Assembly: GCA_963755915.1 (NCBI GenBank)
Contig: CAVWLP010000002.1
Coordinates: 1,856,001 to 1,920,000 of the forward strand
Reading direction: 5' to 3'
DNA: 64,000 nt
From: an uncultured Phycisphaerales bacterium
GTDB taxonomy: Bacteria; Planctomycetota; Phycisphaerae; Tepidisphaerales; Tepidisphaeraceae
A program made the translations under genes and the position numbers. Shown in pieces: positions 32,686 through 45,730 of the stretch (the stretch's first letter is position 1; the number at the start of each line of letters is the position of its first letter). The notes beneath the pieces are model-generated. The model did not search any database. It was not told where the DNA came from and worked only from the letters and a program-made list of their open reading frames with translations.

Positions 32686-33423
32686 TCAAGCTGAAGGAGC
32701 TGCTTCGGGCTTGCGGGCGGTGGCGAGGAGAAGCTCGGGGTGCGATTCCATCACCGATTGGGGGGTGAGCCACTGTTCGAGGCCCATTCGAAGATTGAAG
32801 AAGAGATAGATAATCGGCCGGAGCCAGCCGGTGAGCGGCACGCGCCGGGTGAGGCCGCCGAGCGCAATCGAGCGGAGATGCGTGGAGTTGGCGACGATTC
32901 CGATGCGCGGTTCGATGGTCTCCACGCGAAATCCGGCCTGCTCGAGCTCGTATTTCAGCCCGTCGATGGTCCAGCGTCGAAAATCGGTGGGATGACGGTG
33001 AAGGATAAAGGCGCCGTGGGTGGAGAGATAAAGGAGACCGCCGGGCCGGAGGAGGCGGAAGGCCTCGCGCAAATAGGCCTGGACATCGGCGACGTGCTCG
33101 AGCACCTGGGTGCTGAGAACGGCATGAAGGCCGCCGTCGTCCAGTGGAACGCGTCCATCGGGGCCGATCGCTAGAACTTCGGAATTTTGGGGCTCGATAT
33201 CGGCGCGAAGGAGGGTGATTCCCGCGTCCTGGAAAATCGCCGCATAAGGGGAAACGCCTGCCCCCAGGTCCAGGGTCTTGCCGCCGGCGAGTTCGTTGCG
33301 ATGGCGCTGGAGAAATTGTGCAGCCCCTGCAAGGAGATGGCGGAGGGTCCAGTAGTCGCGATGAAAGAGATGTGGCCGGCTGCGATCGACATAATGCGCC
33401 TGCCCGAGCCGCTGTTCCCACAT
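32686..33423 (-). CDS. Class I SAM-dependent methyltransferase
   Basis: LDLGAG, STQVLEHV, LRPGG, HPTDFRRWT. Confidence 0.88.
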   Translation of the reverse strand: MWEQRLGQAHYVDRSRPHLFHRDYWTLRHLLAGAAQFLQRHRNELAGGKTLDLGAGVSPYAAIFQDAGITLLRADIEPQNSEVLAIGPDGRVPLDDGGLHAVLSTQVLEHVADVQAYLREAFRLLRPGGLLYLSTHGAFILHRHPTDFRRWTIDGLKYELEQAGFRVETIEPRIGIVANSTHLRSIALGGLTRRVPLTGWLRPIIYLFFNLRMGLEQWLTPQSVMESHPELLLATARKPEAAPSA

Positions 33424-33558
33424 TCAAACGATTGTATCAGCCCCAAGTAATTTGCCGACTAAATTGGGGACCACGATTCGGGGACATCGAATGACGCGCC
33501 CCGCAAGCGAGGGCGGCTACACGTGGAGAGAGATTATCGTTGAATCGCGGTCTGCTAT

Positions 33559-34340
33559 TTAGACTGACGCCGCGCTGGCCGGGCGACTCGATGTGAGGGT
33601 CGATCCATCGCTTTCATATCCCAGGGCCCGCAGGCTTCGCTGGAGCAAATGGGTCAGTTTCTCCCCCTGTTTGGGCGTTAATTCCCTCTTCCATCGGCCC
33701 ACTTCGCCGGTACCGATGTGGTTGTCATGCAGCAGGGTTGTGCGGTCGCGGCGATGAGAATCGAGGATCACGTCCACGTCTTTGTCGGTGCGTGCGCCCA
33801 ATCCCTCGCAGACCTTGCGGCTGGCGCGGATGTTGGTTTGAGCGTCGATTGCCTCGGCGTCCTTCTGGTCGAGCGAGATCTTCAAATAAGCGGCGATGCG
33901 CTTGATCTGCCACATGCGGTCTTCCATCATTTCTTCGTAACGGATGAAGAGGGTGCGGCCGAAGTCCTGGTAATCGGCGAGATATTTGATGCTGGAAACG
34001 ACGCGACTGATGGAGGCGTCAAACCCGGCGCCCCAGAAGACGATGTCGGAGGCAATGCAATGCGCGGGTCGCGGATGGTGCAGACGGCCTTGGCGCGGCC
34101 GGTGTGAATCCAGTCCAGGGCGACCGGGCCAAGCTCGTGCCCCTTGACGATTGCCGGGCCCTCGCGGACGTAGGCCTGGGTGACGAGAAATTGGTCGAGA
34201 GTGTTTCGGTCGAGATAGGCGCTGCCGTGGGCCTGGCCGCGCCGCTTGGCGAGAAGGTCTCCCATCAACCGGCAGACGTTGAAGGACCAGGTCGATCCTG
34301 AGCGGATCATCCCATCACAAATAACGATCGGCGATACCAT
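33559..34340 (-). CDS. Sulfotransferase-domain protein (frameshift near 34063)
   Basis: GMIRSGSTW 5'-PSB loop, RDPR, RYEEM, GRWK.EL. Confidence 0.8.
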
Positions 34341-34515
34341 TGACTGTAACTACGATTGAGTTCCCCGCTCAACGCGCCCGGCAAACGGACGGGCATGCCT
34401 TTTCATGAAGATTATATTATCATCCAAGTCGCGCTCAAAAAAGGGAAAAGGGGCAGTATTCGCCGGAAACGAATAATGTGCTGCTCCGGAATTTTGGGAA
34501 GCTGAGGAAGATTGG

Positions 34516-35265
34516 ATGAACGGTTGGAGAATCTCGTGGGCTCTCGGCATCGTCGTTTTAACCTTAAGCGTCAAATCATTTGGGCAAGGCGGACCACCAC
34601 TTATCGGCGATGATCCCGGCACTCCCGGTAACAAACACTGGGAAATCAACGTCAGCTATCAGTATTTCCAGTCGCCGGGGATCTCCAGCATGGATGTGCC
34701 GCTGCTGGACCTGAACTACGGCTTGGGGGACCACATCGAGCTTTCCTATTTAGGCGGCTGGTTGTTCGGAGAAAACAACGGCACCTGGCAAAATGGATAT
34801 GACGACTCGCAGCTTGGCGTGAAGTGGCGCTTCCTCGACCAGGATAAAACCGGCGTGGATATGTCCGTCTACCCGCAATGGACTTTTAACACGACCAAAT
34901 CCCTGACCACCACAGGTTTCGTTGAGTCCGGGAACGGCGTTTACGTTCCGTTCGAAATCGCCAAAACCATCGGCAAGCTCGAACTCGACGGGGAGGCCGG
35001 GTTCCAATGGTGGGAATATGATCGCGACCAATGGGCCGGGGGGCCGATCATCGGGTATCTCTTAAACGATCGGATCGAGCTGCTTGGCGAAGCCCGGTTC
35101 ACGTTCGATGAAAGTTTTCGCACCTACGATCTGATCTTGGACGGGGGCGGGCGCTTCACGATCAACGATCACATGCAAATCCTTTTCTCAGCCGGGCGGA
35201 GCGTGCGCAGCGGCGACAGCAGCGTGCGGCTGTATCTATTTTCCGGCCTGGGATTCACATTCTGA
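34516..35265 (+). CDS. Putative outer-membrane beta-barrel (MetA-pathway/transporter-like)
   Basis: Signal peptide, GGPPLIGDDPGTP, GVKWRF, C-terminal Phe. Confidence 0.75.
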   Translation: MNGWRISWALGIVVLTLSVKSFGQGGPPLIGDDPGTPGNKHWEINVSYQYFQSPGISSMDVPLLDLNYGLGDHIELSYLGGWLFGENNGTWQNGYDDSQLGVKWRFLDQDKTGVDMSVYPQWTFNTTKSLTTTGFVESGNGVYVPFEIAKTIGKLELDGEAGFQWWEYDRDQWAGGPIIGYLLNDRIELLGEARFTFDESFRTYDLILDGGGRFTINDHMQILFSAGRSVRSGDSSVRLYLFSGLGFTF

Positions 35266-36939
35266 GTATCCCAATGCGCGAGCGGGCTGGGCGCACAGGG
35301 CCCGAATGGCCAGGAGATCGTCGCGTCCCAGAAGTTCGCGCCGGCGCCGAATCAGCGAGGGCTCAATTGAGGCCGCCTCTCTGCCGGCGGGCAAACCATC
35401 CAATATTTTTGCCAGCGCCTGCCGCGGATTAGTGACGAGGTCTTCGTAGCGAATCAAAATCAAACGATCCGACGATTCGAGAATGAGATTGGCCAGGAAC
35501 CGCCACCAGGCGGCCCGGCGAGAAGCCGGATCGATGATCGCGGCGATGGCCCGCAATTCCTGCTGCTGGCGAACCGTCAGCCAGGGATCGATCGGGTTTC
35601 CAATCGGCTGGCGTACGACTTCGGCGATATTCAGATGCCCAAAACTTCCCTTCCACGAGGCAATCGTATCGAGGGGATTTCGCACGCAGGCGACGAAGCG
35701 GGCGCTCGGGAATATCTGCCGAAGCATCGGCAGGCGGGTTAAAAATGGGAGCGTTTCCTTGATCCCCAGGACGAAATTCGGCGAGTCAACCTGCGGCGTG
35801 TACGTTTCGAATTTGTCGAGCTTGGCGGTGTCCTGAATGATTTGCCCGCCTTCGACTTTGTTGGCGATGGGAACGCCCAGGAGCACGTCGCGACGGCGGT
35901 CGCGCAAGAAATTGGCCAGTGCGAGGGGCGATTTTGTATTTCGCAAAAGCGGAATTGCTTCGGGCGGCTCATTGAGCGCGACGCAGTTGCTCATGCAGTG
36001 AAGCAGGTGGCAAAGATAACTGGTGCCGCTGCGGGGGATGCCGCTGATGATGATCTCGGGAGTCAAAACGTGGCCGGGGCTGATTTCTTTCGACGAAGGG
36101 ACGGCCAGGGTGATTACCCGCTGCCACGACGCGTCGCCGGCGGTGAGGTCGCGCAGCTCGGGATAATCACCCAGCAGCTTGGCAAGCAGGAGCAGCAGGC
36201 TGGGCTCGCGGGCGATATTTTCCGGGTTGTCGTAGCGCGCGAAGATCGGCGGGTTGCGCTCGTCGATCGGCCGCAGCCAGATTGGCTGCCCATAGCGTTC
36301 GTCAAGGACATCGACGTCCAACTGCGATTTTGCAGCGGCAACCGCGAGCGCGACGTTGCGGATGTCCGAGGCGGATTTCTTGGATTGAGTCTGGCGAATG
36401 GTTTGGAAACTGTGCCGCCAGACGTCGCCGAATCCGGCGTTCGCGGGGACGGCGACAAAGCCGGGATCGAAACAGAGCGGGAAAAATTGGCCGGTGTGCT
36501 CGGAGAATCCGCGTGTTCCGGGCAGATGCGATCCGCACAATTGGAAGATCGTGCGCCAGGCCGATTCGTCGCCGATGTCCGGCGGCTGAATGGCGGGGCA
36601 GGCGTTGAAGGCAATCGAAAACCGCGGCGCGTCCTGGAAATCTCCCAGCAGGAGTTGGGCGGGGTTCAGCAGCACCAGTTTTTCGCAAACGGTGTTTACC
36701 CGCAGGCATTCAACGTCAATTTCTTCGGCATCGCCGGCGAGAATTCTCCGCACACCCAGGCGGTCAAACAATGCCAGTGTCGAGGATTTGCAAGCCAATC
36801 CCTCTGAGGATTGCGCGACCACGGCGATAAGCTCACAGTGGCTCCGCACCGAACGCGCCAGCGATGCCGCCAGAAATGCCGATCGGATTTCAATGTCCCC
36901 CGGCACGCATGCAAACGCGAATGCGAACGACCGACTCAA
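35236..36939 (-). CDS. Two-domain protein: N-terminal glycosyltransferase-like domain plus C-terminal sulfotransferase
   Basis: GIPRSGTSYL, VRNPLDTIASW, RYEDLV in the C-terminal half; N-terminal assignment tentative. Confidence 0.75.
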   Translation of the reverse strand: MSRSFAFAFACVPGDIEIRSAFLAASLARSVRSHCELIAVVAQSSEGLACKSSTLALFDRLGVRRILAGDAEEIDVECLRVNTVCEKLVLLNPAQLLLGDFQDAPRFSIAFNACPAIQPPDIGDESAWRTIFQLCGSHLPGTRGFSEHTGQFFPLCFDPGFVAVPANAGFGDVWRHSFQTIRQTQSKKSASDIRNVALAVAAAKSQLDVDVLDERYGQPIWLRPIDERNPPIFARYDNPENIAREPSLLLLLAKLLGDYPELRDLTAGDASWQRVITLAVPSSKEISPGHVLTPEIIISGIPRSGTSYLCHLLHCMSNCVALNEPPEAIPLLRNTKSPLALANFLRDRRRDVLLGVPIANKVEGGQIIQDTAKLDKFETYTPQVDSPNFVLGIKETLPFLTRLPMLRQIFPSARFVACVRNPLDTIASWKGSFGHLNIAEVVRQPIGNPIDPWLTVRQQQELRAIAAIIDPASRRAAWWRFLANLILESSDRLILIRYEDLVTNPRQALAKILDGLPAGREAASIEPSLIRRRRELLGRDDLLAIRALCAQPARALGYSECESQAGK

Positions 36940-37221
36940 ACGCCTCCCGACAGAGCTTTCAGGGGCACGCCGCCAGACGTACGGAGGGTGCGATCCATCC
37001 GGCAGTGAAATCGAACTTTAATATCAGCCGCGGCCATTAAGATTCCCGTGATGCGGCATTCTACGGGTAGCGCTGTCGAAAAACATCGCTTCGTCCGGTA
37101 ACCCGCACTTTTTCGCCCTCATTCACGCGCTATTTTCTCTATCTTCCTAAGCGCCGGCAAAATCCACGACGATAGTTCACAAGGCAGCGCAGCCGGTTTT
37201 TGCGCAATAATCGGAACGATT

Positions 37222-39060
37222 ATGAATCAGACCAACCCATCGATGGATTATCTCTCCCAGGACATAACCGAACGCTCGCGCGAGCAGCGCGATGCAATGC
37301 GCACCGGCGGCCCCGCTGCCGCCAAACCGCCCAAGAGCGGAATGACGCGCACGGTTGCGCGGCGGCTGATCCCCGCGTGCATCGTGACGCCGGCCTTGCT
37401 GTGGTGGATTCTCATCTTCGGTGTCCACCGCAACTTGTATGCCCTGGAAACCTGCTTCATTCTATTCGTCTATTCGGTGACGGTGGTTTTCGGCGTGATC
37501 GTCTGCCTGAACCTGAGGAAGCTGGCGAAAATGGACGCCGAGCAGGTCAAATCGCAGGAGCAGCTGCGGCAGTCGAAGGAAGCTGCCGAGGCGGCGAATC
37601 GGTTTAAGTCGGCCTTTTTCGCGAACATCAGCCACGAAATTCGCACTCCACTCACGGCGATCAACGGCTTCGCGGAGCTGCTCATGAGCGACGGGCGAAG
37701 CGAAGAGGAACGGCGCTCCGACGCTCGGGTGATTCGCCGCAACGGCGAGCACCTGCTTACGCTCATCAACGACATTCTCGACCAGTCGAAGATCGAGGCC
37801 GGGAAGATGTCGGTCGAGCCGATTCTGTGCTGCCCGGCGGCAATTGTCGGTGAAGTTTGCTCGATGCTCACCCCGCGGGCGGCGGAAAAGGGCCTGTCGC
37901 TGAGCATGAAATTCGAGGGATCGATTCCGAAAAAGATCCGCACCGATCCCACGCGTTTGCGGCAGGTGCTGATCAACCTCGTCGCCAATGCGATTAAGTT
38001 CACCAAAGAGGGCGGCGTCGTGCTGACGACGTCGATCAAGCCGGCGATTACCGCTGCGAATCCGATGCTGGAGGTCAAAATCACGGACACGGGCATCGGC
38101 ATCTCCGCTGAGCAGCAGGCGTTGCTCTTCAAGCCGTTCATGCAGGCCGACGCCTCCATCAGCCGCCACTACGGCGGATCGGGGCTGGGCCTGGCGATTT
38201 CAAAACATTTTGCCCAGGCGCTGGGCGGCGACATCAGCGTCTCCAGCGAGGCCGGCAAGGGGAGCACGTTCACCGTCGCTATCACGACCGGGCCCCTGAT
38301 TGGAGTGGAGATTCACGATCGCCCGCAGGAGGCGACGCAGCCGCAGGAAGATTTCAGCGGGCCGAAAGTGCGCATCACCGGCAGCGTTCTGGTCGCCGAG
38401 GACGGCATCGACAACCAGGCGCTGATCGCGGCCAAACTGCGCGAAACCGGGTTGAAGGTCGAGGTGGCCGAAAACGGCAAACTGGCCTGCGAAAAGGCGC
38501 TTTCGGGTTCGGCGTCTTTCGACCTGATCCTGATGGACGTGCAGATGCCGGAAATGGACGGCTACGCCGCCACGCTGCACCTGCGCAGCAAGGGGTATCG
38601 CGGGCCGATCATCGCTCTTACGGCCAACGCGGGCGAGCGCGACCGGAGCAAGTGCCTCAACGCCGGCTGCAACGATTTCGTGACCAAGCCGATCAGCATG
38701 GAAAAGCTGATCAAGGCGATTGGTCGTCACCTTGCGATGGTGAGGGTTGCCAAGCCGGCGCCGCGAGGTGAAGGCGCCGCGGCTGGAGCCGAGGCCCTGG
38801 CGCAGAAGTTTTACCAGGAGCTTCCGGAAGAGGTGGAGCAGATCGAGCAGGCTGTGGAGCGGGAAGATCGGGTTCAGCTGAAGGAAGCGGCGCAGCTACT
38901 GTTGGGGAAATCTTCGGCCGCGGGGCTTAAGGACGTTGCGGCAAAGGCGGCGCGGCTGCTGCATGCCGCGGAGAATGAGCTGTCGTGGGAAGCGCTTCGT
39001 GAGACCGCGGGGGAATTCATTCGCGAATGCCAGCCGGATTCAACGCGGCAGGCGGCGTAA
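37222..39060 (+). CDS. Hybrid sensor histidine kinase (HisKA-HATPase-REC-Hpt-like)
   Basis: SHEIRTPL, NLVANAIKFT, DTGIG, GSGLGL, LMDVQMPEMDG. Confidence 0.93.
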   Translation: MNQTNPSMDYLSQDITERSREQRDAMRTGGPAAAKPPKSGMTRTVARRLIPACIVTPALLWWILIFGVHRNLYALETCFILFVYSVTVVFGVIVCLNLRKLAKMDAEQVKSQEQLRQSKEAAEAANRFKSAFFANISHEIRTPLTAINGFAELLMSDGRSEEERRSDARVIRRNGEHLLTLINDILDQSKIEAGKMSVEPILCCPAAIVGEVCSMLTPRAAEKGLSLSMKFEGSIPKKIRTDPTRLRQVLINLVANAIKFTKEGGVVLTTSIKPAITAANPMLEVKITDTGIGISAEQQALLFKPFMQADASISRHYGGSGLGLAISKHFAQALGGDISVSSEAGKGSTFTVAITTGPLIGVEIHDRPQEATQPQEDFSGPKVRITGSVLVAEDGIDNQALIAAKLRETGLKVEVAENGKLACEKALSGSASFDLILMDVQMPEMDGYAATLHLRSKGYRGPIIALTANAGERDRSKCLNAGCNDFVTKPISMEKLIKAIGRHLAMVRVAKPAPRGEGAAAGAEALAQKFYQELPEEVEQIEQAVEREDRVQLKEAAQLLLGKSSAAGLKDVAAKAARLLHAAENELSWEALRETAGEFIRECQPDSTRQAA

Positions 39061-39070
39061 GAATCTCATT

Positions 39071-39379
39071 TTAAAAATAAGTACCCGGATTATCTCGCGA
39101 TGATCGGGGTTCCTGATTAACGCTGGCAGTGACCTGCTTTCCCGCTGAAGCAGTATCTTTGACCCGTTTGCTCCTGGCTTCCAAAGCGGCTTCAACTCCG
39201 CGGAAGAACCCATCGCCCAATTCTGATCCGGCATTGCGAAAGAGGGTAATCAGGTCTTTGGTTGAGATCGGCTTGGGGATGACGCGTTTGATGGTTTGGC
39301 TGAACGATTCGTTTTCGTGCTGCACGGTTTTCAGGCGGCCGTACGCTTCCATGTCGATCGTGATGGTTTTGGTTGCCAT
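39071..39379 (-). CDS. VapB-like antitoxin (orphan); C-terminus derived from duplicated 5S sequence
   Basis: MATKTITID.EAY.RL....ESFSQ.IKR motif; upstream palindrome GTATGTGT-N4-ACACATAC at 39393-39412. Confidence 0.8.
   Translation of the reverse strand: MATKTITIDMEAYGRLKTVQHENESFSQTIKRVIPKPISTKDLITLFRNAGSELGDGFFRGVEAALEARSKRVKDTASAGKQVTASVNQEPRSSRDNPGTYF
39083..39157 (-). repeat. Direct-repeat copy of the 5S rRNA 3' end plus terminator hairpin
   Basis: 70/75 identical to 39446-39520. Confidence 0.92.
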
Positions 39380-39436
39380 CAAAAATCTCCGTGTATGTGT
39401 GTGTACACATACCTCGCTGTGGGCGCCGGAGCAAGC

Positions 39437-39476
39437 AAAAAAAGAACCCCGATCATCTCACGACGATCGGGGTTCC
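39437..39476 (-). terminator. Rho-independent terminator of the 23S-5S unit
   Basis: gaaccccgatc...gatcggggttc hairpin followed by T7 on the minus strand. Confidence 0.85.
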
Positions 39477-39482
39477 TGATTA

Positions 39483-39593
39483 ACGCTGGCAGTGACCTAC
39501 TTTCCCGCTGAAGCAGTATCATCGGCCCGGCAGGCTTAACGACCGTGTTCGGAATGGGAACGGGTGTGACCCTACCGGTGTAGCCACCAACGA
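39483..39593 (-). rRNA. rrf: 5S ribosomal RNA
   Basis: Reverse complements of CCCGTTCCCATTCCGAACACGG and GTAGGTCACTGCCAG; terminal stem. Confidence 0.96.
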
Positions 39594-39715
39594 AGTCCCG
39601 AAAGGAGGGTTAGCCCCGATCGGGATGTTATTTCGAAGGAATATGAGGTTCTTCCGCGTTATCGAACACTCTTTTTGGAAACGTCTATTTTGAGATAGAC
39701 AGTTCTCGATAAAAG

Positions 39716-42658
<2,943 letters not shown>

Positions 42659-42895
42659 CATTTATCGATCACTGTCTAAGAGACTTCACTGCCAGGTCCT
42701 ATAAAATAGGCCCCAACAGCTCTATCTCCCGGGCGGGCGTGCCCAAAAACAGAACAAACGACCGATAAAGATCAAATTCGCCAAAAAGGTGCTCGACGAC
42801 TCCTGCCCGAAACGGGCCAACATGCACCCATTCCCAGACGGAAAAACCAAAAACCAATGGGCAGAAGTCGCGGAGGTTTAATTGCTTTAAACCTT

Positions 42896-42923
42896 GAACC
42901 TCATATTCACTTCTCAAAGAGCA
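42896..42923 (-). promoter_or_regulatory. boxA-like element and 5' arm of the 23S processing stem
   Basis: TGCTCTTTGAGAAG on the minus strand; 42896-42908 is the exact inverted complement of 39639-39651. Confidence 0.7.
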
Positions 42924-43199
42924 AATTCACCGGCCAAACAGCACCGGAAAACTTCCCGCCGAACGCGGGTCAACTGGTCCAGCTTGCTTCGGGGCCAATT
43001 GATCCAAATTCGGCAAAAAACTGAGCCTCAGCCGTCTGGCTGATTTTCAATTTCCATCGCCACCTCGTGGCGACCTCAATTTTTGATGGGAATCGCTACG
43101 AAGGACGGCGTGAAATTACGGGTTGAATTACGATCAAACCTGCTTTCCTTAAAGACTGTCCTCGTTTCCAATGCCTTGGCGGCGAACCAAGGGTGCGGA

Positions 43200-43227
43200 A
43201 GTATACGCGTCTATTTCGACCCGTCAA
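43200..43227 (-). promoter_or_regulatory. Promoter of the 23S-5S unit
   Basis: TTGACG-N16-TATACT. Confidence 0.7.
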
Positions 43228-43322
43228 GGCCCTGTGCTGAAATTTTTAGCCTCTCGCTAAGAACGAATCGTAAATCCATTCCCCATATGGCTCAAAGACT
43301 TACGTCGCGACCTGTTGAATGT

Positions 43323-44033
43323 TCAGAGGCTTTTCACCGCCGCCTCAAGCTTGGCGGCGATCTCGTCCCATCCCTGGCGCTTGTCCTCAATCCCGTCAAA
43401 ACTCAGGCTGGGGCCGATTCTCATCCGAATCTTCTTCGGCCGCGGAACACGCTTCCCCGGCGGCAGGGAATCAAAAGTCCCCTCCAGCCGGCAGGGCACC
43501 ACCGGAACCGCCGTCCCCGCGACGATCATCTCCAGGCCCGACTTGAACTTCCCCATCTCCCCGGTTCGGCTCCGCGTCCCTTCCGGGAAGACAATGTAAA
43601 TGCAGGCCCGCCCAACCAGCCGCTGACGCAAATCCGCAAGCTCGTGCGCGATTCCCCGCCGTTTTCGCCACATCGGCAGGGCGTTGATGACCACCGCCGA
43701 AGCGACGGCCACAATCGGCGTCTCAAAAAAAGTATCCCCCGCGGCAATCGGAAACGCATTGCATCGCAGCCGCCAGTTCAGGGCGCTCGCCAGGACGGCC
43801 ACGTCGAGATGGCTGGAATGATTCGAGGCCAGAACAAACGGCCCGTTTTTCGGCAGGTGCTCCCGCCCGATGATTTCCATCCGGTGATACAGCCGCAGGA
43901 TCACCTTTACCCAGACCGAGCAAATCAGATGTACGAGATATGGGATCAGCCCCTGCTCGCGTTCAACGCTCCGCAGCCGGGCGCCCAGCGGGAGGCCCAA
44001 ATCCTGCGCCGGTTCCAACTTCCAAGAATCCAT
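43323..44033 (-). CDS. Lysophospholipid acyltransferase (PlsC family)
   Basis: NHSSHLD and FPEGTRS motifs. Confidence 0.92.
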   Translation of the reverse strand: MDSWKLEPAQDLGLPLGARLRSVEREQGLIPYLVHLICSVWVKVILRLYHRMEIIGREHLPKNGPFVLASNHSSHLDVAVLASALNWRLRCNAFPIAAGDTFFETPIVAVASAVVINALPMWRKRRGIAHELADLRQRLVGRACIYIVFPEGTRSRTGEMGKFKSGLEMIVAGTAVPVVPCRLEGTFDSLPPGKRVPRPKKIRMRIGPSLSFDGIEDKRQGWDEIAAKLEAAVKSL

Positions 44034-44045
44034 TCCAGGTTCCGA

Positions 44046-45074
44046 TCATCCCCCGAAAAATCCCCCAAAGAATCCATTGCTGAAAATCCGCACCTCGCCC
44101 CCCAGCCCAACGCCAATATGATACCCCACATAATGAAACACTGCCGGGCAAACGAGTAGCAGGCTGTTGAACCGATCCAAAACGCCCCCATGCCCAGGCA
44201 ACGTCGCGGCCATGTCCTTGATCCCCAGGTCGCGCTTCACGCTCGACATCAGGAGATCGCCCAATTGCCCCAGAACGCTGATCATGATGCCGAGCATCAG
44301 CGCGTGCTGCCACTCGGCGATGATCGTCCCCGCGAATACGAAATGCGCCAAGATGGCACCGAGAATCGTCGTTAGCAGCAGCGCCCCCAGCGCACCGCCA
44401 ACGGTTTTATTCGGGCTGGTATTTCGCGCCAGCTTGATATGCCCGAACGATTTTCCGCAGATAAAAGCGAAGACGTCGTTCAGTTCCACGCAAAGCAGCA
44501 GCCAGCAGAGAATCGCGCGGTAGCGAAGGTCATTGCAGAAAAAGCAGAGATGCCCCAGGCAGATTCCAAAGAGCATGAAGGCCAGAACGCCCAGGCCCAC
44601 GCGCTGGATAAAGCCTTTTGGCTGATCGTAAAAAATCGTGATGACCGCGATGACCCCGACCGTCAGCGGCGAAAGCGCCGCGAAAAATCCATACCAGTCG
44701 TCGAGGCACGCATACGTAACCATCAGGATCCCCACGACCACCACAAAGCTGATGGTCCGCTCGCGAAACAGCCCCGTCGCCCGGGCAAATTCGCGGTAGC
44801 AGAGGAGGCTCAAGGCGCAGACGGCGATCATGGCCGCAAACGCCCCCAGCAGAATCGGCCCGATGATCAGCGGCGCGAGAATGAGCCAGGAGATATATCT
44901 TTCCCACAGCTCGCGCCGCAGCTTGTCGTTGAGTTTTCCGGCCCGGTCGAGGAGGCGAAAGACGATCGGCGTGGCAATCAGAATCGAGACGACCCCGATC
45001 GTCAGGCCCAAAACCAGGCCTGAATCGAAGGCGTTTCGCACGCCAAAGAGCCGCTCGTGCGTTGCTTCGGTCAT
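44046..45074 (-). CDS. Phosphatidate cytidylyltransferase (YnbB/CdsA-like)
   Basis: SPNKTVGG, GDLLMSSVKRDLGIKD, PGHGGVLDR. Confidence 0.92.
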   Translation of the reverse strand: MTEATHERLFGVRNAFDSGLVLGLTIGVVSILIATPIVFRLLDRAGKLNDKLRRELWERYISWLILAPLIIGPILLGAFAAMIAVCALSLLCYREFARATGLFRERTISFVVVVGILMVTYACLDDWYGFFAALSPLTVGVIAVITIFYDQPKGFIQRVGLGVLAFMLFGICLGHLCFFCNDLRYRAILCWLLLCVELNDVFAFICGKSFGHIKLARNTSPNKTVGGALGALLLTTILGAILAHFVFAGTIIAEWQHALMLGIMISVLGQLGDLLMSSVKRDLGIKDMAATLPGHGGVLDRFNSLLLVCPAVFHYVGYHIGVGLGGEVRIFSNGFFGGFFGG

Positions 45075-45730
45075 GCGTTTGCCCTCAGGGTTTTGGCGAT
45101 ATGTGAGAGTCTTCGCCACCCGGTGACGGCACTGCCGATGCAAATGATCGCCAGTGCTACATTCACCGGCTGCCAGGCCAGCCAACTAACCGGCAAAAGC
45201 GCGCACAGGGCGCACAGCACGGTTACCACAAACATCCGATGCTGTTTTCCCATTGGCCCGCCGAAATCCGAACCCGCCCCGGCTGATTTTCCCAGCACCC
45301 GCACATAGGCCGTCAGCACCGCCAGCAGCGCCGCCAGCCAACCGAGCCAGGGGATCGCCCCGGCGGCATATCCCAGGCCGATGAAAATCGCCGGATCGGA
45401 AATCCGGTCCGGGACTTCGTTATACAGTTCTCCAACCGCCGAGGCCTTTCCGCCCGCGATTGCGACCATTCCATCGAGCAGATTCGCCTGAAGCCGAAGC
45501 TGTGCCCCCAGCGCGCCGCAAATCCATAGCAGCCGAGCCCAGGGATTGGGCGTGACTCGCGTTAACGCCAGCGCCGCGCCCGCCACAATCGCGCACACGA
45601 CTCCTCCAACCGAAATCGCATTCGCCGATGCCCCTTTCTCTGCCAGTTTCCGCGCGAGATTCTGAAAAAAAGGCATCTCCCGCGCCTTGATCGGCCGCCG
45701 ATCGGTGACTTGATATCCGCTTTCGCCCAT
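45071..45730 (-). CDS. CDP-alcohol phosphatidyltransferase family (YnbA-like)
   Basis: NLLDGMVA...GELYNEVPDRISD, GPMGK. Confidence 0.88.
   Translation of the reverse strand: MGESGYQVTDRRPIKAREMPFFQNLARKLAEKGASANAISVGGVVCAIVAGAALALTRVTPNPWARLLWICGALGAQLRLQANLLDGMVAIAGGKASAVGELYNEVPDRISDPAIFIGLGYAAGAIPWLGWLAALLAVLTAYVRVLGKSAGAGSDFGGPMGKQHRMFVVTVLCALCALLPVSWLAWQPVNVALAIICIGSAVTGWRRLSHIAKTLRANA

Noticed and set aside
37040-37200. Possible c-di-GMP riboswitch (GCGGGTTACCG on the minus strand)
   Set aside because: The upstream GNRA-loop and GACGCAAA elements are absent.
39068-39100. Possible dif site near the skew switch
   Set aside because: Arm spacing and sequence do not fit XerC/XerD consensus, and it overlaps the duplicated terminator.
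43021-43031. CTGAGCCTCAG core of the 30-bp micro-element in the 23S leader
   Set aside because: Only 11 bp match and the flanking CTTCG/CGAAG arms are missing.
43083-44159. 358-aa plus-strand ORF and other long antisense ORFs (e.g. 5997-7160, 17229-18404, 50955-52229)
   Set aside because: Shadow ORFs opposite well-supported genes in high-GC DNA.
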